Of a DNA stretch of 64,000 bases, positions 13,901-28,419 are shown in pieces. Below the pieces are notes generated by a model that was given only the letters and a program-made list of their open reading frames with translations, was not told where the DNA came from and made no database searches. The position numbers and the translations under genes were made by a program. The DNA comes from the human T2T-CHM13v2.0 reference genome, Homo sapiens: assembly GCF_009914755.1 (NCBI RefSeq), contig NC_060930.1. The stretch is one strand, 5' to 3'. How positions within the stretch are numbered: the stretch's first letter is position 1; every line of letters starts with the position of its first letter.

Positions 13901-14809
13901 CCTAGCAACATGGGGGTAGGCACTTCCATTTCCAAAAAAATAGATCTCTGTCACAGAATAATAGTGGCTGACATTTTCTTAAATCTGCTGACTAGGAGGC
14001 TTCAGGATACAACCTCTGCCCACAGCCCCCAGGCCCCAGGGAGTGCCCGAGCGTCCTCCAGATGGGGTGGGCAGCGCGGCCCCTAGCTTCTCCCGTCTGC
14101 AGCACCCTCTCTGGATATGCTATTGCTAGGAGTTGTATTTGTGGTGGATTTTGTGACTCTTCGAGTCAAGGTTTTATTTGTCTAGAAATGAGAGCCTTGT
14201 CTGAGGAGAACATGCATTTTTTAATGAAACGTGACAGGATTTGCCACTGGTGTTACCAGCAGGCCTGGGCAGAGGCCTGTGTCAGGTTTAAATGTGAGCT
14301 GCAGGCAGAGTCATTTGTTTGTGGTCCATCTTCTAACAGTCATTTTGAAATGTCAGTGTTCACTTCTGGTTGGAGGACCACCCTGAGAAGATTCTCTTTC
14401 CCAGGAGTCAGTATTGGCTTGTGATGCACGTCTAAGATCCTACATAAAAATGACTATAGTAAGCCAGCAGCCCTGCGGCGGCCAGCAATTCCATTAGATG
14501 AGTAGGAAGAGAGCTGTGCTTTCTGCTGTTGTTTTTACTGGCTGGTGAAGCTATACCTTTGCTCTGATGTTATACCCAGAAAGGGAATCGTCTCCTGAAA
14601 CTTGAAGTGTTCCTCTGATGCCGAGGCCTGGCCTTCCCTGAGGGATTGCCCCAAGGTCCCTACACCAGTGCTGGCCCAGGCTTGCCCTCTCCAGTCACTC
14701 TGGTTTGTTGTCAGGCAGAGAATTTTCACTTTCATCTTTGCTGCTGACTTCGCCCTCTCACCTCTTAATTTTTTTTCTTTGTAAAATTTAGGACCTTAGT
14801 TACGTGTCG

Positions 14810-15015
14810 TATTGAGAAAGCATAGATGACTGAAGATCCATCAGGCTTGGAGTCTTCATTACATACTTAGTAAGGAGGTGAGGTTGGGTGTGACGCTCAT
14901 TCTTCTGGACCCAGTGTCCTCTTCTGTGAGCAAAGGATTGTGGTTGTGTCTGCCCTGACACATAGGAGTGCTCTGTGGGTTAACTCAGAACAGAAGTGGG
15001 ACTCTGAACATTTTA
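14810..15015 (+). mobile_element. MIR relic
   Basis: Degenerate MIR core (cagtgtcctcttctgtgagcaaaggattg). Confidence 0.4.
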
Positions 15016-15539
15016 AAGCAGCACACACATTAGTTGTTTTTAATGTTACTAATCCAGAGAAGACCTTTCAACCTTTCAGGACTTTTCATGCTTCTCAAGA
15101 TCGGTTTCTCAGAATGTTCTCTGCAAAACCATGCAGGGGTGCAAGTGGAAGGAGGGAGAGAGTCCTTGGACCTGAGAACCTCTGAGATTTACAGACTTTG
15201 TTAAGATAATGAAACAGCTCTGTGAACTATTCTTAGAGAAAAGTGATTCTGTGTGTAAATTTTAAGTGTACTTGGTGATATTATGCTCAGAATACTCTAT
15301 TCTCACCCTACTGAGGTATTTTATTTATTTAAACAAACCCATCAGTCCTTGTGGTATATTTACTTAGCACTTTATTTAATTGAATTGCTTCATTTGGGAA
15401 AACTTACCGACTCATATGGATTTATGCCTTGTTTGGGGCAGTTAGCCCTTGAGGGTGAAGTATTTCTCAGTGTCACTGTGCATAACAGAGATATTAATAA
15501 TAAATGAATTTGTTAGTTCTTGCAGTAAAACAAGTATCC

Positions 15540-15960
15540 TCTATAGGCTGGTTACATCCCACATCTATTTAGCATTGGTATAAAAAGACATATGAGAAAC
15601 GGTTCTGCACTCAAAGAGCTCTTACTTGAGGGCCAGAGACATGCTTGTAAGGCAGTAATGTACAAATCATGGAAAACTCTAGTGTGATAACTTAGCAGAA
15701 AATGCTTGTTTTGATGATATCAGAGAACCCATTTCAAAAGCAGTAACATTTGATTTGAGTCTTGATAGGTAACGAGGTTTCCTGACTAAAGAACAGGAGA
15801 CAAGTGCTGTCTGCCCAGGGTATTTGTAGAGGGTGTGAGAAGACCAGCAGCTGGTGGTGGGTGGGGCTGGAGGGCTGAGATTAGAGACAGGCTGGGCCAC
15901 ACCGGGCAGCATGTGCCAGTCTAAGCCGTTTCAGCTTTCTCCTGGGCAGTGGTCAGCCAT
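15540..15960 (-). mobile_element. L2 relic
   Basis: ggttctgcactcaaagagctctta; gtaacatttgatttgagtcttga. Confidence 0.5.
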
Positions 15961-16271
15961 GTACATTACATGCATGCTTCCCTTCACTACATGTTCTTTT
16001 ATATTGAATAAGGAGGAATGTGTAATACATTAAGATAGCCTTCATAGGAAGATTCTGCCCCTAATTTGTTGTTTATGTGACTTTCTATGCCAGCCACCCT
16101 CCCCTCTTCCTCTTACCTAGAAAAGAAATGGGTGTCCACTTCGTTTACAGTGGTCTCTACTGATGGAATTTGGGAGAAACACCCCCTTTTGAAAGGAAAA
16201 AAAAATCGTTCTTTGCCAATTACTGCTGTGTACCTTCCTGGTTATATTCTCAAAGGAAACTAATGTCATCT

Positions 16272-16719
16272 TGTATTAGGGTACTCTAGAGGGACAGAAT
16301 TAATAGGACAGATGTATGTTAAAGGAGAGTTTATTAAGGAGTATTAACTCACACGATCACAAGGTGGGGTCTCACAGTAGGCCATCTGCAAGCTAAGGAG
16401 CAAGGAAGCCAGTCTGAGTCCCAAAGCTGAAGAACTTGGAGTACGATGTTTGAGGGCAGGAAGCGTCCAGCACGGGAGAAAGATGGAGGCTTGGAGGCTA
16501 AGCCAGTCTAATCTCTCCACGTTCTTCTGCCTGCTTTTTATTCTGGTCACGATGGCAGTTGATTAGATGGTGCCCACCCGGATTGAGGGTGGGTCTGCCT
16601 CTCCGAGTCCACTGACTCAAATGTTAATCTCCTTTGGCAGCACCCTCACAGACACACCCAGGAACAATAGTTTATATCCTTCAGTCCAATCAAGTTGACA
16701 TTGAATATTAACCATCACA
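16272..16719 (-). mobile_element. MLT2A (HERV-L) solo LTR
   Basis: tgtattagggtactctagagggacagaa...caagttgacattgaatattaaccatcaca; TSD catct/caact. Confidence 0.92.
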
Positions 16720-17845
16720 CAACTGAAGCTGGTAAATTAAAAAAATTTAAAACTCCCAGAATTTATCTTCTCTTCCCAGTTGAATAGGCCTTGGTACGAA
16801 TTTTAGACGGCTTCTTTGACAGACTTTTCTGTGGGCCTGTCCCTGTGGACTGGCTTTCTGTCTGTTCTGCTCTTGCCCATTCACTTATTCATATCCTTTG
16901 TAACTCTGAAGGGCATCTGCCCTTGACTCTGGCCTTGGGGGACTTGGTGAATGTAGGGCCCATCTGGGCTAAGGGTCAGAGTTAAGTCTTCTGATGTTGG
17001 TAAAATAAGACAGTTGAAGCCTTCCCCCCTTCCCTTTTATGCCTCCAAAAAAAAAAACCAAACAAACAAACAAGGAAAAAAAAAAAGTGAGGCTAGAGTA
17101 ACTATAAATAACACAAATTAACAGATTTCATGCCAGCACAATGTGCCTGTTGGCCAAGAAGCAGCACTTCTTATAGCTCCTGTATGGCTCCTGTACAGTG
17201 TCACTCCGGGTGTAGCACGATGCACTCTTGGGCATTCCTGGTATCTGTCCATCATGGAGGGTTTGGTAGGGTCCAGGGCCTCAAATGGAAATGGTCGGGA
17301 ACTGATAGACCCTTAACTCATCTTGTTCTGGGTTGGCAGCCTCGAGTGCACGTGTCAGTGTCTGCCCAAGAGGCTGTATTCTTATATGTCATATGCTTTA
17401 AGAATCAGTCTTCAAGTTGATACTATTTTTCTAAGTGATTTGGAAGATTGAATTGAAAGACCATTGTTGGAAGGCAATGGCAGCAAGTAGAATGTGGCAT
17501 TTATGAAGAATTGGGTTCCGTTAAAAAATGAGTGTAGCAAAAACCAGACAGTCAGGTAAAAGGGGAAGAAAAATCTGTTAATGTTTATTTGGCAGGTATT
17601 TGTTGCTGAGATGTTTACTTAATGTTGGAAGACATGGAAGATGGTAAGAATAATCCCACAGGCTCTGAGCAGGTGGAATAGGCTGTATGCAAGTAAGAAG
17701 CCCTGAGCAAGTGAAACCCTACCCAATAAAGAGGTCTAGCAAAAAGTACAGTTCATGCTCTGTCATGTATAATGCATGTGCCTATCAGAAAATAGCCTGT
17801 TACTACAGTTATGCCACCATTAGCATAAATGCCACCATTAGCAGA

Positions 17846-18160
17846 ATTACATTTTAATGTAATTATTGATATAGTTGAACTTAGGTCTCCAATTTTGCTA
17901 TTTGTTTTCTGTTTATCTCCTTATTTTGTTATTCCTGATCCTCCTTTCCTGCCTTCTTTAGTGCTAACCAATTTTTTTCCATGTATCTTTCTGTTTTTAG
18001 TTTTATTTCTTTTTTAAAGTGATTGCTCTAAAGATTGTAACATTCATCTTGGATTTATCACAATATACTTAAAGTTGATGTAGAATTGCTTCTGTGGTGA
18101 TACAGGAAGCTTGCAACAGTGTACTTCCATCTGTCCAGTCCTTTGAGCTGTCCTTGTCAG
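17846..18160 (-). mobile_element. L1M fragment
   Basis: ttacattttaatgtaattattgatatagttgaacttaggtctccaattttgctatttgttttct. Confidence 0.65.
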
Positions 18161-19299
18161 GTTCAGCCTCTGCCTGTGATTGGGACCCCTGGTGGGTTTT
18201 GAGCAGAGTGATATCAGGAGCAGCTATTGCTGTTAGCTGTTCCTGTTAGCAGTACCTCCAGACCCACTGATTATTCTAATAGAGCAGTATTCAATTCTAG
18301 TTGTTAGCAAGTTTTTAAAAACTTTGAGTGCATGGTTTTCACTGTTTAAAAATAGCAATGTGTTGTCCCTTATAATTGAGAGAGATGAGCTTTAGGGTCC
18401 CTGAAAGAGAATCTCAAAAGCCCGTTTAACCAATGTGCCAGATTGCCTGACTTTTTATGACGTTTTTCTTAATTAGTGGATTTGTGTTATATTTTATTGG
18501 CTCAAAAGTGAATCCCTAGCTCATAGCTTATTTCTCAAATCACTTAGCATTTTAATTACTTTTCAATTTTTGAGATACAAGTCACATATTTTCTTTTTAA
18601 AATTAATATATGTACTTTCTCATTGTAAAAGACCTGAACTATACAGAACTGTAAGAAGTAAAAGTCTTAGTTTTCCTTCCAGAGAGAACATGTTAGGAAA
18701 ATCTCTTGGCATCTGAGGAGCTGGCTGTCTATTTTTACTTCTATATTGACTAGCTCTTTTTCCTTCTAATAAAGAGTGTATATTGGTTTAAATTATACCA
18801 ACTTCCTCTGGGTTTTAGAGGTTAGCTTATTTGTAGACGAGTCTACCTACCACATCTATTTCTCCTTATGGCTTAGAGCATTTTCTGATCATCAGCATAA
18901 AATTTTAGGTGCCTTATTCATTTTGCCCCAAGAATGTTCAAACTCCTCAACCTCAGAAATGTTTCTAGTAGTTGAAAGACTGTTTTGCGATTACTTTTAT
19001 TGGATTCTACACAGAAGTACCCATAGCATCATTGAACTAGCTCTGTTGCATAACTGTCCTGTGTCTAAAAATACACTGCTGAGTAGCATCAGCTCTTGCC
19101 CAGGGATATGAACCCACACTCTGGGTTATTTGTACTGACTCTGACCACAGACTATCTTCCAATATATCCTGCAAAATGATCCTTTATGGAAAACACCAAA
19201 CTTCTTCCAGTGAAGTCTGATACTGTTGTAGTTACTGACAGCATAACAGACTGCGCTTGTTGTTTGTTCATCCAAGTTTGACTAGCCAACATTGAAGGA

Positions 19300-19610
<311 letters not shown>

Positions 19611-19741
19611 TAATTATATTTATACTTCTCTGAGGTCTTTGGTGTCTGGGGTTGTAGATTGTGTCCATCTGTACTTAACCCATGCACACAGAGTGTTGTT
19701 TAGTGAATCTGACTTGAAACTCCATGCAAAGTCACAGTCTT

Positions 19742-20047
<306 letters not shown>

Positions 20048-20436
20048 GTCACAGTCTTTGTATTAGGGCCAGGGAGTATTGTCCAGCTATTCACTGTTTA
20101 GAGCTAATACTTCCTTTATTCCCTGTTCTATCACATAAAAAACTATAGAACCTTCTCTTGCTGGCTGTGTGTACAGTGTTACAATAATTTACAATGCTTA
20201 AAAATAGGCAGATAATTGCTCTGGGATCCAGATGTGGAGGTTGAGATGACTTTATTGGGGAATGTGTTAACATATCACAGATCGCAGCAAGGGAACTAAC
20301 ATTTGTGTATAAATCACTGTTACATCTTTGAGGGTTAAGGCATCTATTTTTTTATTCACTTAGAGTACCAACTAGATTTTTTTCAACTGTCATTTTGCTG
20401 CCTATTTCCATGTAAGTTGAAGGTATGATAGTCACA

Positions 20437-20747
20437 TTTTTTTTGTTTTTGTTTGTTTTCTTTTGAGGCGGAGTCTCACTGTGTCGCCCAGGCTGGAGTG
20501 CAGTGGCACGATCTTGGCTCACTGCAACCTCTGCCTCCTGGGTTCAAGTGATTCTCCTGCCTTAGCCTCCTGAGTAGCTGGGACTACAGGCACGCATCAC
20601 TACGCCGGGCTATTTTTTTTGTATTTTTAGTAGAAATGGGGTTTTGCCCTGTTGGCCAGGCTGGTCCTGAACTCCTGACCTCAGGTGATCCACCCCCCCG
20701 GCCTCCCAAAGTGCTGGGATTACAGGCGTGAGCCACCGCGCAAGGCC
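20437..20747 (-). mobile_element. AluS
   Basis: Full antisense Alu. Confidence 0.93.
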
Positions 20748-21695
20748 GCGTGTTTTTTTTTTCTTTTAATTAAGTGTATGCATACAGTTGCCATTTGCAA
20801 AATCTTACTTTCATAAATACATATTAAAATAGTGAAATAATGTCATATGAAAAGAAAAATTTAGTTTTGTTTAGAGATGCACAGAATTTCTCTTTATTTA
20901 GATGTAAACCAAAGACAATTATGAATTATTTATCAACACTTTACCTTTCAAAATAAATGAAAAAAACCCACAATTTTGTGTTAAATATGGAGGAAATAGA
21001 ACGTATCACTGAGAGCCAGGTAATTTGACCAAAGAAAGGTACAGTCAATAAAATGACTTCTCTTGGATCTCTTCCTTATTCTAATCACACTTCAAGGAAG
21101 TTTTTAAATTTAAAAAAATAATTTGAATGCTATGAAAAATATTGTATAATATTTAGGAACTGTCAAGTGTAGTTTTATATCTAACTAGAAGTTAAAATAT
21201 GGAAGTGTGAAAATGAAGATGAAGATGCAGAGAGTTAGTTTAGAGGAAAGAGTACTAACTTGGGAGTCAACATGCCAAGGTTCTTTTGGTCTCAGCCATG
21301 AATTAAGAAACCTAAAACAAGTCCTTTATTCTGTCTTAGCTTACTGTATCACCTTCTTTCCCTTTGGGTTTTTATTATTTTTATTGAAGCATGTATTTTC
21401 TAGTAGTTCTTAGAGTAACTATCTATAGAAGGTAAACCTAGTCTTTGTATTTCAGAAATATCTTTTGTTTCATCTTTACTCTTCCTGGGTTTGGAATTCT
21501 GGGTTAGCTGGTTTTGTCTTAGAACTTTGAAAATATGATGTTATTGCCTTCTGTTATTCATTGTTACTGTTAAGAAGTCTGCTGCCAGTCTAATTATCAT
21601 TCCCTTTTAACTGTTTTTTCAGTCTGCTAGTTTTCAAGGTTTTCTCTTTATCCTTAATGTTTTGCAGCCTCACAGCAATCTACCTAGATTTGTTT

Positions 21696-21997
21696 TTTGT
21701 TTGTTTGTTTGTTTTTTAAGACGGAGTCTCATTCTGTCACCCAGGCTGGAGTGCAGTGGCGTGATCTTGGCTCACTGCAAGCTCTGCCTCCCAGGTTGAC
21801 GCCATTCTCCTGACTCAGCCTTCCGAGTTGTGGGACTACAGGCGCCCGCCACCACGCCTGGCTAATTTTTTGTATTTTTAGTAGAGATGGGGTTTCACCA
21901 TGTTAGTCAGGATGGTCTCGATCTCCTGACCTTGTGATCCACCTGCCTCGGCCTCCCAAAGTGCTGGGATTACAGGCGTGAGCCACCGCGCCCGGCC
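21696..21997 (-). mobile_element. AluY
   Basis: gcaagctc/gccattctcc/ggatggtctcgatctcc diagnostics; TSD cctagatttgttttt. Confidence 0.94.
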
Positions 21998-22319
21998 CCT
22001 AGATTTGTTTTTATCCAGTCTCTGCTTGGCACTCATTGCGAGCTTTCAGAATTGAGATTCAAGTCTTCAATTATGGCACATTTTTAGCGTTAGTTCTAGT
22101 ATTGCCTCCCCACCACTCCTTCTAGCTTTATTTCTGGAAATCCTACTAGATGTGTTTCTTTTCACTCTACCTGTTATGTTACTTCACTTCTCATAGAGAG
22201 AAGTGTTTTATCTCTATTCTATACACAGAGTGAATTTAATTTACTAATTCTCTCGTTTACTGTGCTTGGTGTTGTTTCTCCCCATCTACTGACCATATAT
22301 TTCATTTTCAGGATTTTGA

Positions 22320-22755
<436 letters not shown>

Positions 22756-22814
22756 TTAAAGTTGTTTTCAATTTGCCATGTTTTTATTTTGTCAGGAGAA
22801 AATTTATGTTTTGA

Positions 22815-23164
<350 letters not shown>

Positions 23165-24720
23165 GTCAGTCTTTCTTGAAGTTGGTTTCCCTCACAAGCT
23201 TTGGGCTTTTAGTTTAGAAGCCTGTCTTAAGTGGACTTCTTTGTCCCCCTCTGTGCCCTCACCTTTCTGGAGTGGTTTTGCTATTGTCCTCCCCAGGATC
23301 CTAGTTTAGTACATGATCTTATTTTGGAAGTTCAGGCTCCTGCCCTTCTCAGTAGTGAGTAGAGGGCCAATCTTTTCCCTTCGAAGGCTGCAGGCTCTTG
23401 AGCTTCCTCCTGCTGCCCCAGGGATGGGCTTTATCTCAGCCATAGCCTCCGGTAGTGGCCACAGACCTCTTTTCAGTTTCTTTCCACAGTGGTTTCGTGC
23501 TGCGTCATACTCGGAGCCATTTGCCTCTGCTCCCATCCTTCCTAACTGGGGTGTGCCTTTGGCCTCTTCCTGTTTCTGAACAGTAGAGCTGTGGCCTCAG
23601 CCTTATCGCCAGGCTCTGTTGTTGTACCATGTGTCTTGTTTGTTCTGTTGGTAAACATGCCTGCCTTCCTTGCTTCCTTCCATCCTCCCATCTATCATTG
23701 CTACCATTTGCCATAGTGAGTGATACGTAAAACCTGAACTCACAAGGCATTTTGCCCAGAAATTGTCTTAGCTTCTTGGTCTTTACTAAATAATCTCAAG
23801 GTCCCGTCCAGCTCCAAAAATTCTAAGTTGCCGTATACACAGCAAGAGAATTTACCTATGACCAATCACTTTCCTGTCCTTATGCGTCTGGGCCAAACAG
23901 TCTCATGAATTATTGATCGCAGAAGATGTCCAAAGTATTGTGGCCTCTGCAGAAGCTTTTCCAGTTTTATTTGCCTTCCCAATTCTTATTTTCTAAGCTG
24001 GACTTTGCTTTTGGATTGAAAAAAAAAATCTGAATAACGCTTTGGGTCCTGTTGGCTCCAAGACCACATCCATGGGAATGGAGTTGGCCACTGTCACCTC
24101 TTTTCTTTCTCAGTACCCACCTGCTTTCCTCTGACCTGGCTTCAGAGACCTGGATGCTCCCGGAAACAGCTTCTTGGGCACTGAGGACTCATTTGTACTT
24201 TCTCTTAGGAAGTTATAACATATTGTTCAGCAAGCTATTTTAATGTGGCCCAGAGGGGACTCAAGAGGGTAGGAGGAGGAGTCGTCAGCCAGAAGGAGGT
24301 AGAATTCACTTTTTTACAAGCTTCTAAAGTCTCTTCATAGATGATTGCTGGAATTGTTTGTTTGTTTGTGTTTTACGAATGATGTTTAATAAAGAACTGC
24401 CAAAACTGCAGTTAGCATTTTTTGAAAAATAAATAACTTAGTAAAGAAGCAGCCATATGGTATCTGTTTAGAACTGGAAGTGCAGAATCTGTTTTCAAAA
24501 ATAGACCTACAAAAAGACTGAACACAAACCAAAAACCCTTCCACCTTAATAAAAATAATTCATGGTTAATTTTTTTAAAGATGTATGAATTTAAAACTTT
24601 TACAGCTAGTACATTAAATTTGGCAAGTAGAAATTCTGAGGAAGAATGAATTTGATTCCGTCAGGTGGTTCTCAAAGATTCTTTTATTGTGAACTTTCTA
24701 AGTAGAAGAAAGAATTGTAA

Positions 24721-25052
24721 GGCCGGTGCGGTGGCTCACACCTACAATCCCAGCACTTTGGGAGGTTGAGGTGGGAAGATCACTGAAGTTCTGGGTTTTC
24801 CATCCAAATATCCCACTTCAGGAACTGCAGGAGTTTGAGACCAGCCTGGGCAACATGGTGAAACCCTGTCTCTACAAATAATACAAAAAAAAAAAAAATC
24901 AAATCTGGGCGTGGTGGGATGTGCCTGTAGTCCCTCCCAGCTACTCGGGAGGCGAGGTATGAGGATCACCCAAGCCCATAGATCGAGGCTGCAGTGAGTC
25001 ACTCCAGCCTGGGTGACCCTGTCTCCAAAAAAAAAAAAAAAAAAAAAAAAAA
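24721..25052 (+). mobile_element. AluJ with internal non-Alu insert
   Basis: Alu head at 24721; about 43 bp of foreign sequence at 24785-24827; polyA. Confidence 0.88.
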
Positions 25053-25266
25053 GGAGCTTCCTGAATCTGACAGATTGAGTTGTACGTGGACATTTGAGCT
25101 TTCCGTAAATTTTCTTTCTGTGATTCCTCTTGATTGGTTTGTCTGTAAAAGATTATCATTATCTGAAGAGTAATTATCTAAAAGTATGATTTGAATTTTT
25201 GCATAAAAAATTATCATTAATGGTAAAATGATTTGTATCGGAATTGAGTTGTTTTCTTCATTTTAA

Positions 25267-25407
<141 letters not shown>

Positions 25408-25522
25408 TAACTTCTTGATTCAGCAAAATGTTCTTAGCCCTTTTGAACAGCATGTGACAGGCCATTTGTCTTATAAAGCATATCAGGAATCTATCTCTAG
25501 TAGTGTTTCACGGCATTTGTGA

Positions 25523-25722
25523 ACTGGGGTAGTTAACTCAGTTGGTTAAACCCCTCTGTTGGAGCTTCAGCCCCTGGATTGACTGGTTCATTTCTTTCAG
25601 TTTTCTGCACACAGAGCCTTCGTCTTAAAAGAGGAATGGATCCTCACAGATCCATCCCAGTTATGAAAGCAATTTCAGGGTATACAGCCTGGGGATGGAA
25701 TGTATGTCAGTACCATTTTCAT
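25523..25722 (+). mobile_element. MamSINE1-like ancient tRNA-derived SINE
   Basis: tRNA-like head tagttaactcagttggttaaa and 3' part ggaatggatcctcacagatccatc...gtcagtaccatttt resembling MamSINE1. Confidence 0.55.
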
Positions 25723-26174
25723 TAAAATATACACACATACTCTCTTTTTCTTTTTTAAATACATAAAAATTACATACAGTTGTTGCCTATGGTGGGACAA
25801 GCAAGAAATTTAACATTTTTAATCTTTGTAGTAATTGCATAGTATTTAGTAGATTATTTTATCATGTAGTCTAGGTCTCTGTGCAGCCATAACCTCACAG
25901 AAAAATGTGCTATGATGTAGTTTAACCTGTCTTGAAGGTGTTTGTTGGAGTTATTTTATTTTATAGTGCCACAGAAATGTGCCAAATTTCAAGAAGTGTC
26001 TCTATTTATATCTTATTAGAATTCATTTAAAAAATACAAATAGATTTTCATGCAAAGGTCATGATTATAACTTCAAAAGAGCCTTTATTTTATGCAGCTT
26101 TTATTTTGTTATAATGTCTTACAGGGAATGTCATTTTACAAGGGAGGAAAATTGAGTATCAAGCTGCTTTGAGT

Positions 26175-26472
26175 GACTGGGCTCAGTGGCTCACACCTAG
26201 AAATTCCAGAACTTTGGGAGGCCAGACTGGGAGGATCGCTTGAGCCTAGGAGTTTGAGACCAGACTAGGCAACATAGTGAGACCCTGTCTCTACAAAAAA
26301 TTAAAAAATAAAATAATAGCTGGATATGGTGGCATGCCTGTAGTGCCAGCTACTTGGAAGATTGAGGTGAGATCATCACTTAAGCCAGGGACATCACGGC
26401 TGAAGTGAGCCTTGATTATGTCACTGCACTTCATCCTTGGGCAACAGAGTGAGACCTGGTCTCAAAATAAAA
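26175..26472 (+). mobile_element. AluJ
   Basis: Diverged full Alu. Confidence 0.9.
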
Positions 26473-26659
26473 GGAGGCTTTAAGTTAGCCTCTGATTCAC
26501 AATGAGGCAGAAATGGGATCCTGAGACGCAGAGCATTCATTTGGGTGGAAAACCTTGTTATATTTTGCACTGGGACATTTTCACTTGAGATTTTCAAAGG
26601 CGGGAGCTGAAGTGGTGTGTTTTTAAAAGCAAGGTACAGAACAGACAATGCTATCATTT

Positions 26660-26865
26660 GGTTTTAGAAAATCTATACGTGTTTGCTTCTACATGCATGG
26701 AATATCTCTGGAAGGATATGCAAGAAACTGGTAATAGTGGTTGCCTCTGGGAAGAGAACTAGGTGGCAAGCAGACAGAGGGGGAGGGAGATTTGCTTTCT
26801 CTGCATCCCTTTTCCATCTTTGACTTTTGTACCATGTACATGAGATGCACATTCAAAAAATAAAT
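26660..26865 (+). mobile_element. L1ME 3' end
   Basis: atctctggaaggatatgcaagaaactggtaatagtggttgcctctggga. Confidence 0.7.
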
Positions 26866-26869
26866 AACA

Positions 26870-27526
26870 GTCTGGTTGCAGTGGCTCAAGCCTATAATTC
26901 CAGCACTTCAGGAGGCCGAGGCAGGCAGATAGCTTGAGCCCCAGGAGTTTGAGACCAGCCATGGTCTCAAACTAGGGCAGCATGGAGAAACCCCATCTCT
27001 ATAAAAAATACAAAAACTAGCTGGGCATAGCTGGGCATCGTGGCGCATGCCAGTGGTCCTGGCTACTTGGGAGGCTGACACAGGAAGATCACTTGAGCCC
27101 TGGAGGTCGAGGCTGCAGTGAGTCAAGGTCATGCCACTGGCCCGGCATGGTGGCTCACGCCTGTAATCCCAGCACTTTGGGAGGCTGAGGCGGGCGGATC
27201 ACCTGAGGTCAGGAGTTCGAGACCAGCCTGGCCAACATGGCGAAACCCCATCTCTACTAAAAATACAAAAATTAGACGGGTGTGGTGGCAGGCACCTGTA
27301 ATCCCAGCTACTCAGGAGGCCGAGGCAGGAGAATCACTTGAACCCAGGAAACAGAGGCTGCAGTGAGCCAAGATCGTGCCATTGCACTCCAGCCTGGACA
27401 ACAAGAACAAAACTCCATCTCAAAAAAAAAAAAAAAAAAAAAAAAAAAAGATTGTGGCACTGCACTCCAGCCTGAATGACAGAGCAAGCCTCTGTCTCAA
27501 AAAGCAAAAATAATAAATAATAAAAA
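26870..27526 (+). mobile_element. AluJ split by a nested AluS
   Basis: Outer Alu 26870-27138 resumes at 27450 (gattgtggcactgcactccagcc). Confidence 0.88.
27139..27449 (+). mobile_element. AluSq/Sx nested in AluJ
   Basis: Full Alu with polyA; degenerate TSD aaggtcatgccact/aagattgtggcact. Confidence 0.92.
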
Positions 27527-28049
27527 TACCCAAATTACATAAGTCTTCAGAGTGGACTTGTTCAAACATAATGAAATCTGTTTGTATTTCTTGTTTCTTT
27601 TACTTGAGAGGTATTATTAGGGAACATTATTATGAACTGCATATGGAAGATAATCTTGAAACTGTTCATCAGAGAATTGATTCAAAGTGGTATATTAGGA
27701 CAGAAAACCCAGATACCCAAGTTTAAGCAGGGGTACCCTCACTAGATTGTTGGGGCAAATTGTGCAGAGGTGACAAAATGTGGGTGGAGTCAGATAGTAG
27801 CTCTGACATTAGGCAGTTTATTTGAAGTCTCTGTTTCTCCATTTTCTCTTCTAGAAAACAGGGCAAATGTGGTAGACATCCACTGTTTTTGACATCCTGC
27901 AAGTGAGCTGAAATCGTGCCACTGCACTCGTGCATCCTGCATCCACTGACCCCTCGTGCCAGTTCTAGCTCCCTTACAGGCTCCTGCCAGAGGTCCAGTT
28001 CAGCTGTGGATGGCTGATGACCTCGCCTAAGCTTTACTTTTTCCTGGAA

Positions 28050-28419
28050 ACAGCAAAATGGAATCATGGAGTGGGATCATGACCTTCTCAGAACAGTGAG
28101 ATACAGAGACACTTTAGATAGCACATGAGGAAAAAAATATCGTTCTTTCCCACTGGACTTAAATGAGAGGAGAGTGAGAGGTTTGAGTAACATTCTTCCA
28201 CAATTCTAACAGTAGAAACTGGAGACAAAGCCCACACGGAGGAGAACTGGGAGCATGGAGTGAGATGGGGCCCTAGTGACACTGGCTGGGCTGGCTTGAG
28301 CCACAGCTGAAGCTCATTCGGCCCCTGGAGATGATTAGCCTCCCTACTTCAGGAGCCAGTTCACTTTTTGGCTCTAGTTTCTGTCATATGTGTTAGAAAT
28401 CAAAATCCCAACTGATACA
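28050..28419 (+). mobile_element. Ancient ERVL/MaLR-type LTR relic
   Basis: Ends tttctgtcatatg...cccaactgataca; left boundary uncertain. Confidence 0.4.
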
